Assembly (NCBI GenBank): GCA_044892525.1
Contig: CM097885.1
Coordinates: 40,612,001-40,676,000, forward strand
Direction: 5' to 3'
Source: Schmidtea polychroa
Lineage: Eukaryota
DNA length: 64,000 nucleotides
Positions 24,422-36,880 of the stretch are shown in pieces; positions within the stretch are counted from its first letter, which is position 1, and every line of letters starts with the position of its first letter. The translations under genes were made by a program, and so were the position numbers. The notes under the pieces are model-generated. The model did no database searches, was not told where the DNA came from, and saw only the letters and a list, made by a program, of their open reading frames with translations.

Positions 24422-25714
24422 TCAAGAATCTCCCCTAACATTTTCGATTATTGAAATCTTTCCACCATATAATTTCATTTCTATTTTCTTTTCTTCTAAT
24501 ATTAATGTATATACTTTAGCTTTAAAATTAGAATCCTTTGTTACATGAAGTGTAACATCAACATTATTTATGGCTAGGCGATCATCTTGGTCTGAAACAT
24601 TTATACAAAATATAGAATATAAAATTTTGAAATCTTCTAAACTTAATTGCGGTTCAACTTTGAAATCATAACATGTTTCAATATAATTTAGATATGGGAA
24701 TATGTTTTCATTATTTTCAATATTAAATTCCATTCTATTTATTGGATAATAAGAACTATTTAATTGAATTTGGATTGTTTTTAAATTATCAACTCCAATC
24801 TTTTGAATAAACAAGTTGTTATTTTTTTGGAAAGATGAATCTACTTCTTTGAATCCAATCAAGATATATCTTGGTCGGTATGCTAAATTTGCTACCTTTA
24901 TAGAATATGTTGAACCCTCTGTCATACTAAATTCACTACAGATTCTATTTAAATAATTTACATTTATAGACTTGTTGGAATTTAATCTTTCAAGGAGTTT
25001 AATCTCAGAATGTGGGTTTAATGTCCATTCAGGTATATGTAATTCAAGTGTTGATAATTTTAATTTAGCTTTTGTATCTACAGCTCCATAGAACAATCTT
25101 TTATCACCTTCTACTCTATTACAGATGAATTCTATAAAAACATTATGAAGTATACGATTATAGTTTTGAAGGAATCCAAACAAGTGTTTTAATTCAAAAT
25201 AACCTTCAAATTTTTTAGATTTATAAAGTTCAGCTCTTTTATAGTAACCATGGTTTACATCTAAACCATCTTTATCTAAATCCCCTTTATTAACATCAGG
25301 AATCCAACCTGTTAATTCACCATATTCGTTTTTATAATCACAACCAGTCAAAATAAAATTTAACATTGTAGAATATACTCCCGGATGTAAAACAGTTTCA
25401 ATTTCTGATGATCCTAGTTTTAATCTCATATTGGAGAATAAATTTGGAAAGAAATTATTTTCTAGGGTTATATCTTTGTTTGCTTCAATTTCTAATTCGA
25501 TTTTATAATATAATTTGGCATTACAAATATCTATTGGGTTTGATGTTTGAAGAGATTGAAAAACTATATCACCCCTACGATTTAAGTTTGCAATAGATCC
25601 TGAAGTTGGAGAGATTTTTAAAATATCATTTTTTTTAATTTCATGAGTAAATTCTTTATTATAATCAAGATTTAATTTATTTTTTTCTTGAATTTTAAGA
25701 TTTATGTTATTCAT
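24422..25714 (-). CDS. Major capsid protein (double jelly-roll)
   Basis: 430 aa; NNFFPNLFS..L.LG..EIE, LKHLFGF, RPRYILIGF, YSIFCINVS motifs of Polinton MCPs; intact. Confidence 0.88.
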   Translation of the reverse strand: MNNINLKIQEKNKLNLDYNKEFTHEIKKNDILKISPTSGSIANLNRRGDIVFQSLQTSNPIDICNAKLYYKIELEIEANKDITLENNFFPNLFSNMRLKLGSSEIETVLHPGVYSTMLNFILTGCDYKNEYGELTGWIPDVNKGDLDKDGLDVNHGYYKRAELYKSKKFEGYFELKHLFGFLQNYNRILHNVFIEFICNRVEGDKRLFYGAVDTKAKLKLSTLELHIPEWTLNPHSEIKLLERLNSNKSINVNYLNRICSEFSMTEGSTYSIKVANLAYRPRYILIGFKEVDSSFQKNNNLFIQKIGVDNLKTIQIQLNSSYYPINRMEFNIENNENIFPYLNYIETCYDFKVEPQLSLEDFKILYSIFCINVSDQDDRLAINNVDVTLHVTKDSNFKAKVYTLILEEKKIEMKLYGGKISIIENVRGDS

Positions 25715-25769
25715 TTTTATATATTAAAATTTACACACACAAAATAGGATTAATTAAATATATTATATA

Positions 25770-25850
25770 AGCCATTATAGCGGAGTGGGAATAGGCTTCA
25801 ATTTTATCACCGGGAGTACCGGGTTCAATTTTCGATTTTGGTCAATTTTT
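25770..25850 (+). ncRNA. Putative Pol III small RNA B1 (tRNA-derived promoter)
   Basis: A-box TAGCGGAGTGG 25778-25788, degenerate B-box GGTTCAATTT ~25822, then T-runs. Confidence 0.5.
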
Positions 25851-26003
25851 ATCGATATTTTTTTTCAACGGAATCTGATTCAGCGTACTGATTTTAGTAT
25901 ATATTTAAATTTTCAGATGGATCTGAGTGGTAGTTGTCGAGAAAATGAATAATTATTATTAATTTCATCAATAAATAGTCACACATTAACAACTTATTTT
26001 ATA

Positions 26004-26085
26004 TTGAGTATAGCTTAGTGGTAATAGCACTCGACTGCATTGCCAATACCAATGGGTTCAAATCCCATTTCGGTCATTTTTTTTC
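26004..26085 (+). ncRNA. Putative Pol III small RNA B2, tRNA-Cys(GCA)-like but not a canonical tRNA
   Basis: GTATAGCTTAGTGGTAATAGCACTCGACTGCA resembles the tRNA-Cys 5' half; intact T-arm ATGGG-TTCAAAT-CCCAT; anticodon and acceptor stems do not pair well; T8 terminator. Confidence 0.65.
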
Positions 26086-26241
26086 AAATTTTTTTTTAAC
26101 AAAATATTGATCAGCATACTCGATTTAGTACTTTTACAAATTTTAAAGGTGATTGGTCAACGGCAACTCTTGGAAATTTAAGATCAAAAACGTTTTAACT
26201 TGAATCGATTATTTATTATCTAAAAAATGACAAAAATTCAA

Positions 26242-26323
26242 ACCTTGATGGCGCAGTGGGCTAGACCGGCACAGTGGTTCAAATAGATAGCGGTTCAAAT
26301 CCTAACTGTGGTTAGTTTTTTTT
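26242..26323 (+). ncRNA. Putative Pol III small RNA B3
   Basis: A-box TGGCGCAGTGG 26249-26259, B-box GGTTCAAATCC 26292-26302, T8 terminator; orthologs in element C. Confidence 0.65.
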
Positions 26324-26480
26324 CAACATAAAAATAATATTAAAAATTTGAAAATAATAGTGTGGGTATCTTATATTTATAAAGTACTTGTATATTTTAT
26401 TTTATTTATTTTATTTTATTTTATTTTTTTATTAATTAATTATTTTTTAAACATAAATATGAAAAAAAAAATATTGAAAC

Positions 26481-26855
26481 GGGTGATGGTGGCGAACCGG
26501 TAATTATCGCCACCTGTCTTTCGAACACCCCCGGATCGATTCTATAATGTGCACATTTATTTCTTGGTTGTTTTCGGACCTCTTTCGGATTCGCTTTCGA
26601 ATTCATTTGTACTTTCGAGCAGCACGCTTAAAACGCCGTTGAAATCGACTTCGTGAGCGAGAAGCGAATAATAAGGCGTGCTGCTATTATCGGATTGATT
26701 CTGATGTATGAGTCTGGCCAGCTTGTATATTGGAAGAGATTTGATAAACGAAAGAGGTTGATAAATAAAAAAAAATGATCCGGATCAAAAAAAACTGTTG
26801 AGGGGACAGTGAAAAAAAAAAAAAAAATACCACTGTCCCCTCAGAGCAGTTTTAC
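26481..26855 (+). ncRNA. Putative long structured Pol III RNA B4
   Basis: A-box-like TGGCGAACCGG, B-box-like GATCGATTC; multiple stems; homolog at 36881-37200 with compensatory changes. Confidence 0.7.
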
Positions 26856-27610
26856 TATTTTCATAAAATTTTTTATTTTTAAAACTTTCAAAACCTTAAG
26901 GTGATCAGGCGACCTAGATCATTATGAATTAGGTAATCTGATATTCTTATAACATTAAATCCTTAAGACCAAGTAGTGAGGAATCTATGCACCCCGTTAC
27001 CTTTTCTCGGAATTACTAATCTATAAATACATCTATTCCGAACTTTTTTACTTTTAAGGGAAGAAATTAAGGGTTAATGGCAATAGGGGACAAAGTTTAA
27101 AAGTTAAAAAAAGTGAAGAATATGGGGTAAAAAAGCATATAAATGTGGAAAATATGGGTTAATAACGCTGGTTTTTTGGGGGTGGTGGTGGTGGGGTGCA
27201 TAGATTCATCACTACTCTCAAGAAACCACGAATAATTACTTGGATTTCAAAACCCATAAAAGTCAACTACTTGACTGAAGTAAAACATTTTTAAAGAAAA
27301 ATGACTAAGTATGCAGAAATAATAACTACTGAACCCACTTAACAATATTTCGGAGAAGATTACGAAAAAACTTAACTACAGAATCAACAAAATATTTTCG
27401 GACCGAAACCACTAAAAATACAAGAAAAATTAACTATACCTGAACCAACACAAAGAATTAGAAAGTAAAAATTGATTGTATTTTATTTTGATATTTTATA
27501 AGCTTTAATATTATTTTTATAAAAATTTTTAGATTTACCGTTTTTGAAATACTACTTTGATGAATTTTATAAATAGATTAGGTTAATTTCTTAACAATAG
27601 ATATTTAGGA

Positions 27611-27613
<3 letters not shown>

Positions 27614-27692
<79 letters not shown>
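27614..27692. repeat. (TTA)n microsatellite
   Basis: Pure trinucleotide run; shorter in the duplicate at ~62252-62310. Confidence 0.95.
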
Positions 27693-28184
27693 TGTAGTCG
27701 CAATATTATGTTTTAATTTGAAAATATTTTTTAGTTAAATTATATTTACTTAAATGATCTCGATGTTGATAATAAATCTAAATGTATGTCACAGTCTCGA
27801 GGGTAATACAAACGGTTGAAAACAAATAACGGTGGTACGATTATGGTTTTGCTTATAATATTTTTCCATGATAAAATCTCAATCATTTAGTGATTTACAC
27901 TATTACAGTAATTTACACCTAAATAAAATCAAAGGCTTAAGATATTATTATTGTTATTATTTCTAAAATAATATTATTAACATTAAAATGTAAATGATGC
28001 AACTATACCTAACTTCTTATATAATAGGTTAAACATAGTTGTTTCAATAATAATATGAAGAATATAATTGGTTAAATATTGTTAAAGAGAAAATTGGTTT
28101 AAATTTAATAGCATGTGTTGTTTGGATGAAAATATGTCAAGTTATTTAAAATGATTCACATATTTTTTTCAATACAAATAAGAT

Positions 28185-30190
28185 AGGGCCTATAAAAAAA
28201 GGCCAGGATTTTTCAGACTATAGTGAGGGAGTCTCTTTGGTCATGGGATGTTCAATACAAAAATGGGTCTACGGTAAAAAAGAATGGTAAATTTTTAAAT
28301 TAAAGTAAATTATGGTCTAAAATTTTAATTAAAGTAAATTAAGGGTTTAAATAACTAAATTATAGTCCAAATTTTAAAATAAAAGTAATGAATAGGTGTA
28401 ATAAGTAAATTATTGTCTAAAAATTTAAAATTAAAGTAATGAATGTGTTAAATAAGTAAATTATGGGTCTAAAATTTAAATTTAAGTAAATTAAGGGCTA
28501 AATTAAATGAATTATGGGTTCCAATTTTTGAATTAAAGTAAATTAAGGTCTAAATTTGTAATTTAAAGTAATCAATGGGTTAAATAACTAAATTAAGGTT
28601 CAAATTTTAAAATTAAAGTAATGAATGGGTTAAATAAGTGAATTATGGGTCTCAAAATTGAATTAAAGTAAATTAAGGTCTAAAGTTGTAATTTAGAGTA
28701 ATCAATGGGTTAAATAATTAAATTAAGGTTCCAATTTTTAAATTAAATAAATCAAAGGTCAAAACTTTAAATTAAGGTTCAAAATTTAAAATTAAAGTAA
28801 ATTAAAGTTCTAAAAAATTTATTAAAGTAATTTAAGGTCCAAATTTCAAAATTAAAGTAAATTAAGGTACATAGTTTAAAATTAAAGTAAATTAAGGTTC
28901 AAATTTTTAAATTAAGTAATCAATGGTCAAAAATTTAAATTAAAGTTAAATAAGTAAATTAAAGTAATGTAATAAATAAATTAAAGTAAGATTTTTAAAT
29001 TTATTAAGAAAATGTTAAAATAATAGTCAGTGTTTGAGAATTGAAATTTTTTAATGAAAATTTTAATGATATATTTTTTTAAGTTAAATTTTAATGGAAA
29101 ACTTTAGGAAATATTTTTTTAAGTTAAATTTTAATAGAAAATTTTATGAAATATATTTCAATGTTAATTTCAGATGCAAATCTTTGTGAATTAATCATTC
29201 ACTACATGAAATTATTGGTTAAATATGAAAATATAGGTTATATTTGGTTGTTAAGTAAATTATGGTATGAAATGTTAAATTAAGTAATATTAGGATAAAT
29301 AGGTATATTAAGGTCCAAATTAAAGTTAATTAAAACTTTTTAGTTAAGTAATCAATGGCCTAAACAATTAAATTATATTAAAGTTAAATAAGTAAACTAA
29401 AGTAATAATTTTTAAATAAGTAAATTAAATTAATGCAATAAGTAAATTAAAGTAATATTTTTTAAATTTATTATCAAAAGTTTGAATAAGCACCAAATAT
29501 TTTGAGAAATGTAATTTTTAATGAAAATTTTAATAGAAATATTTTTAAGTTAATTTTAAATGTAAATTTTTTTTAAGATAATTTTTAATGAAGATTTTAA
29601 TGGAATAATTTTTAATAGAAATTTTAATGAAATTATTTTGAAAGACAAATTTATATGAAATTTTAATGAAATATTTTCAATGTTAATTTTAGATACAAAT
29701 CCTTGTCAATTAATCAATTCACTATTTGAAATTATTGGTTAAATATGTATATAAGGGCCATATTCGTTTGTTAAGTAAATTATGTTGTAAAATGTTAAAT
29801 TAAGTAATAAAAGGATAAATAGGTAAATTAAGGATAAATAAGTAAATTAAACTAATATTTAGTAAACAAAGGTTAAATTAAGTAAATAATTGGTTAAATT
29901 AAAGTAGTCAATGTGATCAAATAAGTAAATTATCGTCAAAAATTTAAAATTAAAGTTAAATAAGTAAAATCAAGTATTAATTTTTAAATAAGTAAATTAA
30001 AATAATAATTTTTAAATAAAAATAAATTAAAGTAATTAAAGTAAATTTATTATCAAAAGAGTTTTTTGAAAAATTTAATGGAATAATTTTTAAAGTTAAT
30101 TTTAAATGTAAATTTTTTTAAGTTAATTTTTATTGAAACATTTTTTTAAGATAATTTTAAATACAAATTTCAATGAAAATTTTTTCAAAG
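28185..30190. repeat. Unclassified repeat with AT-rich minisatellite (AAATTAAAGTAAATTAAGG-like units)
   Basis: Dozens of degenerate ~30-bp units after a short GC-richer terminus related to 10215-10415. Confidence 0.7.
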
Positions 30191-30201
30191 TCAAATGAAA
30201 A

Positions 30202-30324
<123 letters not shown>

Positions 30325-30963
30325 TCATTGAAAAATTAAGAAATCAGAGTGGACAAGTTTTAAATATTTCTGAAACAATATCTAAATCTTTTCTTTACAT
30401 AAACGTAATTTCTAATCGAAATTTTAAGATTGAAATAAGTTTCTTAGTTTTATTAATTCATTAGGGCTTCAATAGGCTCTATATTGAGCTCGAGTTCTGC
30501 GAGTTTTTTTTAAAATTTTAAAAGTATCTTTTAGTTAATAAAATTACTTAATTAAGTAAATTAACTATGTAAGAAACATTAAATTAAAACAATTTAAATT
30601 TTTTTATTTGATTTTATTAATTAAATAATGAATGAAGAAATAATAAATGTATTTAAAAGTCTTAAAAGTTCAAAAGAATTTACTAAATTTGTGAACCTGT
30701 GAGTCTGGTCGAGATTTGTTAAAAAATACATTTTGAAATATTTTATATGGGTATTGGGGCTCATCTTACAAATTAAATTAATCCAACTCAGGAATGCAAA
30801 TCTTCAAACTTCTAATTTTGTCAAATGACTCTGATTTTTTTGGTTTGTTTTATATTTTATTTTAGACAAAATTTTGCAAAAGGCAATTATAATAAAAATT
30901 TCTGAAAAAGAAATTTCTTTATACCATACTGCATATACTTTTAGGGGAGATGAAATGATTTTA

Positions 30964-31964
30964 TGTTAAGGTTAAAAAATAATTAAAAATAAAAATTATA
31001 ATTGCAATGAGAGGGGTGCAAGACTTGTCAAGATGAGAAATGACGAGGCAAAGAAATGAAATGGGCATAAAGGCTCGAGAAGGTTCATCAGTATATGAGA
31101 AAAGCACAAAAATGTGAATTGTGGAAAATCAATAAAAGATTCATAAATTCGAATTAAATTTTGAAAATTGGTCATGGGTGGAACTGGTAGCAGGGAATAA
31201 CATGGTGATAACGGAAATTTCAGAAAGTGCTAGTAAGAGTGCGAAAAGGTGCGTTAAAGATGAAAAACAAGAAAATGAAATTAATTAATTAATTAGCTAG
31301 TAGAAAGAAATCCCGAGTTGGGTAAACAAAGAGAAAAATAAACAGAAGGAAAATTTAGGCTCATTATCTTGTCACAATAAATAATGGGAGAAGACCAAGA
31401 AAAAGATAGTTCATGCAGAAATGAATTAATCATCATCAATTATCAATTATATTTGTCAGTCGGACCATTCTGGGTGACAGCCGAAGCAGATATGTGAAAT
31501 CGAATGTCAAGAAAGAGATTGGCTCAACAATAATCATTTGTCATCCCAATTTCGAAGAGTATATAAGGAATGGGAAAATCATAGCAAACCGGCATTTAGG
31601 CTCAGCTAGGAATTAAGAAAACGCGTATAGGAAAAGGGAAAAGACGAATTAGGAAGTTTAGGGAAAAGAAAATACAGAACCAGGAGATAAGTAAAAAGTG
31701 GAAAAGAATTAAATCGAATAGAAAAGGAGTGAGTTGGTCAAAAGAAGCCAGGGAATAATAAAGGTGAATATTAACTTTTGTCAAAGCATCAAAACCGGGC
31801 GGAGAATCGGTCAAACACAAAAACTTTGGTTATTGATTATTTTTTGTTGATAGAAATATATTTTTGTGATTCAAATATACGTTGGGTAGTTTGTTAGCAG
31901 TGATTTTTAATTAAAGTGACACTTGGAGTCAGAGGTTACCAACTTGAATTAATAAAACCCAACA
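30964..31964 (+). mobile_element. Probable solo LTR
   Basis: TGTT...AACA termini, 4-bp TSD TTTA; 3' end ACACTTGGAGTCAGAG..ACCAACT..AACCCAACA shared with 33567-34523. Confidence 0.6.
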
Positions 31965-32477
31965 TTTATATAATTGTAAATAATTATTAGTCAAACGAGA
32001 TGGTCTTTGTAGAAAAACATAAAAATATAAATAAAAAGTTCGTGCCTACAATGTTAAAACTTTTGAATGCTGGTTTAACCCTGCTTGACTTAAGATGACT
32101 TCTGGGCGTACCTAAAACATACCTACTTGATATGGTTAAAGCTCAAACCAAAATTGAAATGCGATAGACATAAGACTTCACAAAAATAAGTCAACAGAAT
32201 ATATGTTCCTAAATGGTTATGTTGAAACTGAATGTGGGTTTTATGTTCCGCTGGAAATTTTATTAACTTCATATGTCATAAAGGAGGAAACTTGCGTTGC
32301 TCATGTACAATAGGATGTTGAATAGCGTTAAATTTTTTTTAAATTTCGTAATTCTGTTAAATATACAAATCACTTGAAAAAGGCTATGTGGAAAATTCGT
32401 GAATATCAAAAAACATCGACATCTTTACTGATTCATAGTCAATTTTTTAATAAATACTACTAAGAAATCAGAGGTGA

Positions 32478-32519
<42 letters not shown>

Positions 32520-33258
32520 CATCATACTGCTAGTCCAGAAAAAGCTCCTTGATTCGGATCAGAAATTAAATCTTGATATTTGTCTGTTGGAACCATTCTC
32601 TAGTTCAAAGACATATTGCTGTCATGATTGGAGTTCGTTTTCATTGTGCCGAACATTGGTTTTTTTACCGGAATCAAAATAAATCGAATAACCATTTGGA
32701 TTAGTCGTCATTTGCTTTCTTGTCACGCTTTCAGGTAAATCAGATTTCCTTACAGTTTGAGACGGTTGTCGTTTTAAACTCATTATAAGCATTAAAAGAA
32801 CCCTTGCCAAATCGGCCGAAATGATAATCAAGCATATGATTAGTAAAATATTACGATTGAGAACCATTTTACTATTGTTTGAATACTCAGACCAAGGGGT
32901 ATCTTCAACTTGTCCATTTTCTTTGCCAGTTTTATAATCAGTATTATAATATTGTTGTCGAGACTCTTCGACTTTCACATGGATTGTGATTTGAGCGCAT
33001 CGAGATTGATGATCATTATCAGTAACCTATAAAAATGTGAATAATTAATAAAAATAATTGGAATAAAATTTACTTTTATTAATAAAAACTATGATCTAGC
33101 ATCTGTCGGTTTGGGTTTTTTAGCGAAACTAATTCCACCGACAGTCGAATCTATTTGAAATAGTCCATATGGATCTCCACCTTCAATTGAATATGTAATT
33201 TGATTTTTACCAGCTTCGTCACAATCAAGGGCGTTTACTTTCATGATCAATGTATTCT
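32520..33258 (-). pseudogene. Cadherin/protocadherin-like gene remnant (last repeat, TM helix, cytoplasmic tail)
   Basis: MKVNALDCDEAGKNQITYSIEGGDPYGLFQIDSTVGGISF; short GT-AG intron ~33028-33073; VTDND..ITIHVKV then hydrophobic ILLIICLIII; in-frame TAG near 33090. Confidence 0.8.
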
Positions 33259-33566
33259 TAAAAGAAAATTTATTTGATCCATGAAATGCATTTTTGACAT
33301 TTGAAAAATTAAATTTATTATTTTTTTGAAGAATTTAAACAAATTCTAATTTTAAAACTCACAATAAAACTGAGCAATTTTATTTCTTAAAGAGCATGCA
33401 ATATTTACAATCAATATTTGTTTTTATTTATCCTGTTATTAAATTTTTTTTCAACAAAATAACTAAATTTTCAGGGATATATTGATATAGCTGAAATAAA
33501 ATTGTGCATAATTTATGATAACGAATATATTTGTTGTTAGAAGCAAAAAATTGTTTATTAAATATC

Positions 33567-34523
33567 GGTTGAGGATACCCAAATAACAATTTATAAAGAA
33601 ATAAATAAAATTACCTGGGGAAGATCGCCATGACAAACGGGACGATCTATTGGAACTCAGAAAAGAAAACGGAAGTAAAAAGAAATTTAAAATAAGAAAG
33701 ATAAAGGAATCAAACAGAAAATGAAAAACAAGGTCAGTACTAATTAATTAGTACAAAAAGGAAAAGGAATTTTGAAATCGGGGAGAAAGGAAAACAACAA
33801 TATCCTTATCTCGACAGCTTGCCAGTGATAACGTAATAGCTGGGAGAAGGCGGTCAAACAAAAAAGGGAAAATAACATGACAGCTGTCAGAGATAAAAAT
33901 GGGACAGTCGGGGAAAGAAGTAGAAAGAAAATGGAAAAACACTTGATTATCTGGAGTGCCACAAGAGAAGCAAACTATATAAGAGAGAACAAAATTAGAA
34001 CAAGAAGAGAGACAAAAGGGACGCGAAATTGAGATAATTTGGAAGACGATTTGAGAGATAAAATTATTGGAGAAAATTAGACAACGTTGGACGAAACGTT
34101 GTTGGATAAACGATTGTGAAAAATAATTGTAAAGGAAATAATTGTGGAGAATAATTATTGGAGAAGAGTTGAAGAAAAGAATTAATTGAAAAATAAAACG
34201 AAAAGAAGTTACTTGATTATTTGAATAAAGTTGTGAAGAAAGTCAAAGAACACAACCAACTCAAAATCCCAGTGATAAACCAATCAGTAATTTGTGATCT
34301 TTTAATCCGGTGTCATACGCAAGTGCTATTCCTCACCGAGTGTTGTAATAAGTATTGTATAGTCACCAAGCCCGGGTGTTGAATTTATTGTTAGTGTCAA
34401 GTGAAAGTTTATTTGTGATTATCAATAAAGATTTCTGTTGTCAAGTGTTATTTGTGAATCGTATAAAGACACACTTGAAGTCAGAGTAACATTTAAAGTT
34501 ATCACCAACTCAATAACCCAACA
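33567..34523 (+). mobile_element. Probable solo LTR
   Basis: GGTTG...CAACA termini, 4-bp TSD TATC (33563-33566, 34524-34527), AATAAA near the 3' end, 3' end related to 30964-31964. Confidence 0.6.
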
Positions 34524-34790
34524 TATCTTTAAAATGAATAAATTTCATTTGACTTTTAGATAAAAGTGTGTAAATTAATTTACAAGATAAATACCAAGTT
34601 ACAAATAATGCATTTTTTGTTTGGGTGAAAATGTAAAATTTAGAGTAGATATTTAGTAGATTTCGACAAAATTACTTTAATAGTAGTTGTTATATTATAT
34701 ATTCCTAATATATTTGTGGATGTTATGAACTCGTTATGTTATTATGTATAGAAATATGATGAGCCCGATAGAGTCACCGATAAAAAATTG

Positions 34791-35793
34791 TGTTGGGACT
34801 ATCGGGGTGTATGCTATGTCACCACAAATAAAATAATAATAATAATAATAATAATAAAACCAGAATATAAAATTAACTAACAAGTTATAAATTCAACCTT
34901 TATTAAAAAGAAATATAAGACCTTAATTATCCTGGTTATAGGACTGTAGACTTAGTTATTTCCTTAGTAATTAGGAAAGTTGTCCTCGACTATACTCTTG
35001 AGTTGTATTTAGAAGCCTGGGGATTCTATTACTAGATCGTTTATTTGTATATTTGAAACTGTCACTTGAATGGTTTATTTTCTTTGGAGAATTCTCTTAC
35101 GATAGACAATTGTATTTTCGATTGTATATTTGATATCCGTTTGTTTGTATATCTGAAACTGGTACTGGAATAGTTTGTTTTCTTTGAAGAATTCTCTTAC
35201 GATCGACACTTGTATCTTTGATTGTATATTTGATTTTCGTTTACTCGTGTATCTGAAACTAGTACTTGATTAGTTTATTTTCTTTGAAGAATTCTTTTAT
35301 CTTCTTTTAGTTAATTCTCTTCGTTAATTACCGTCCTTTGCGATTCTTAAGATTTGAAGTCTAGAATAGCTTTTTTAATTTCCAATCGATTTCTTTTTTT
35401 TTCATCTTTGCTATAGCGATAATTCACTTTAGTGAATTATCGCTATATAGTTTTTTTAAAATCTGGGTTTCCCAGAAGGTGACAGTTTATATTTTGGTAT
35501 TCACAACTACTAATTGTGAACACCAAAATACATACAAAAATAACAGTACATTACAGTAGTTATAGCAGTTCTAATAATAAAAAAGAATAATTTTAATAAT
35601 AACAAATAATAATAATAATTATTATTAATTTTTTCGAAAGTTAATAATTTACTGCATTTCAAATGTAAAAATATTTTTTACTTTTTTCAACAAGTAGGGA
35701 AAGGTAAACAAACTATTTGATAAATAAGCACAGTTAATTGTTTTTAAATTTAATATTTTTCAATTCAATATTTATGTTTATATTCCCTTTTCA
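34791..35793 (-). mobile_element. Possible solo LTR with internal ~106-bp tandem repeats
   Basis: Minus-strand end CCCAACA like the other two; candidate TSD ATTG; ~1 kb; 2-3 tandem units at ~35035-35300; right boundary uncertain. Confidence 0.45.
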
Positions 35794-36880
35794 ATTGTTG
35801 CTGATTTGACAAGCTTCCTACCTCTGTAGAACCCAGAACCAAATTAAAGCCTAAACTGAAATTGAGAATTCATAATAAAATGAATAAATATCACGAATTA
35901 TTTGTCTAAAACTTATGTCAAAACATCCTCATATCTTCTCAAAGATAAACAATCGCAACTATTAAATCAAGAAAACTTTCTAATTCAGTTTTTTTTCGCT
36001 TGAATTATATATTTTCTGATAGTTTTATTAATTAATAGAAATTAATTATTTCGCATTATTAAAAAGTTTTAATTTTTTTATTAATAATATTTTATTTAAA
36101 AACATTTTTCAGATTATTTTTATTTACAGTACTACTGATGATTAATTTATAAGTAGTAAATTTTATTATTTATCAAAGTGTTATTAATAAAATCGTCTTC
36201 AACTCAATAATTTAAATATTTCAAGATGTCGATATAAATGTTATAATGGTTTTGAGCCTTTGAATGTTTTAATTGTTATTTGATGCCTCATTTATGTCAT
36301 GGCAACATCGAGTTCTAGTGTCTTTGAAATTTAAAAGGGAGCAAGAATTAAATTTGATGTTGTGAGAAAGATGTTGTTGAAAGTGGATGAGTATTTGCAC
36401 CATATTCAAGAAATGCTATAGACCGCTTATATTCGAGTTTACAGACTTTTCATAACTTAAATACCACAGTAGTGTATACAATGGGAACACCGGCCCACCC
36501 CACCGAACTAAGGTATTACTAATTTAAAAAAATTTAACATTAACGATTTTTCAACACCGAAAAAAATATTTGTATATATTTTTAAATAAGATACCCAAAA
36601 ATATAAACATTAAAAAAATATTTTTTTAAAAAAGATGGGTGCTTTGAAAAAATAGATACCCAAAATATGTGTGTAATAGAAACTTTAATCTAACGATTTG
36701 TTGAATTCTAAGTAATTTTTTTATTTAGTGATTTCTAAAATAGGTGAGGGTAACCCGGTGTTCCCATTATATACACTACTACACTTTAACATAAAAATTG
36801 AAAAAATATATGATTTCAATGATTTATATATAATCTTGATGTCTTGTAATTTAAAGAATAAAAAAAATTTATGAAACAGT

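Larger units (their letters stand above)
12580..27216. mobile_element. Full-length Polinton/Maverick (adintovirus-like) element B, ~14.6 kb
   Basis: AGTAGT...ACTACT termini; TIRs ~12580-12913 / 26901-27216; 6-bp TSD CTCAAG (12574-12579, 27217-27222); empty site at 61856-61861; full gene set. Confidence 0.97.

Noticed and set aside
25770..26500. CRISPR-like array or functional tRNA cluster
   Set aside because: No identical direct repeats or cas genes; acceptor and anticodon stems do not pair, so not called tRNA
26696..26720. Hammerhead ribozyme core (CTGATG..GAG)
   Set aside because: Not a CUGANGA/GAAA arrangement, and this segment is missing from the element C homolog
10215..28330. One large transposon bounded by the inverted repeats at ~10400 and ~28190
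   Set aside because: Subterminal repeats lie on the outer sides, so the ends face away from each other and belong to separate copies
32030..32440. Coding-like degraded sequence (also ~36240-36460)
   Set aside because: Multiple stops and no motif I can recognise
31602..33962. Short hydrophobic ORFs at 31602-31820 and 33744-33962
   Set aside because: Antisense to purine-rich LTR-like sequence; compositional artefacts
36468..36780. Stand-alone MITE (also 39405-39616)
   Set aside because: No TSD around the cassette (TACCAC vs ACACTT; GATTAT vs TGCAAT) and Polinton sequence continues inward
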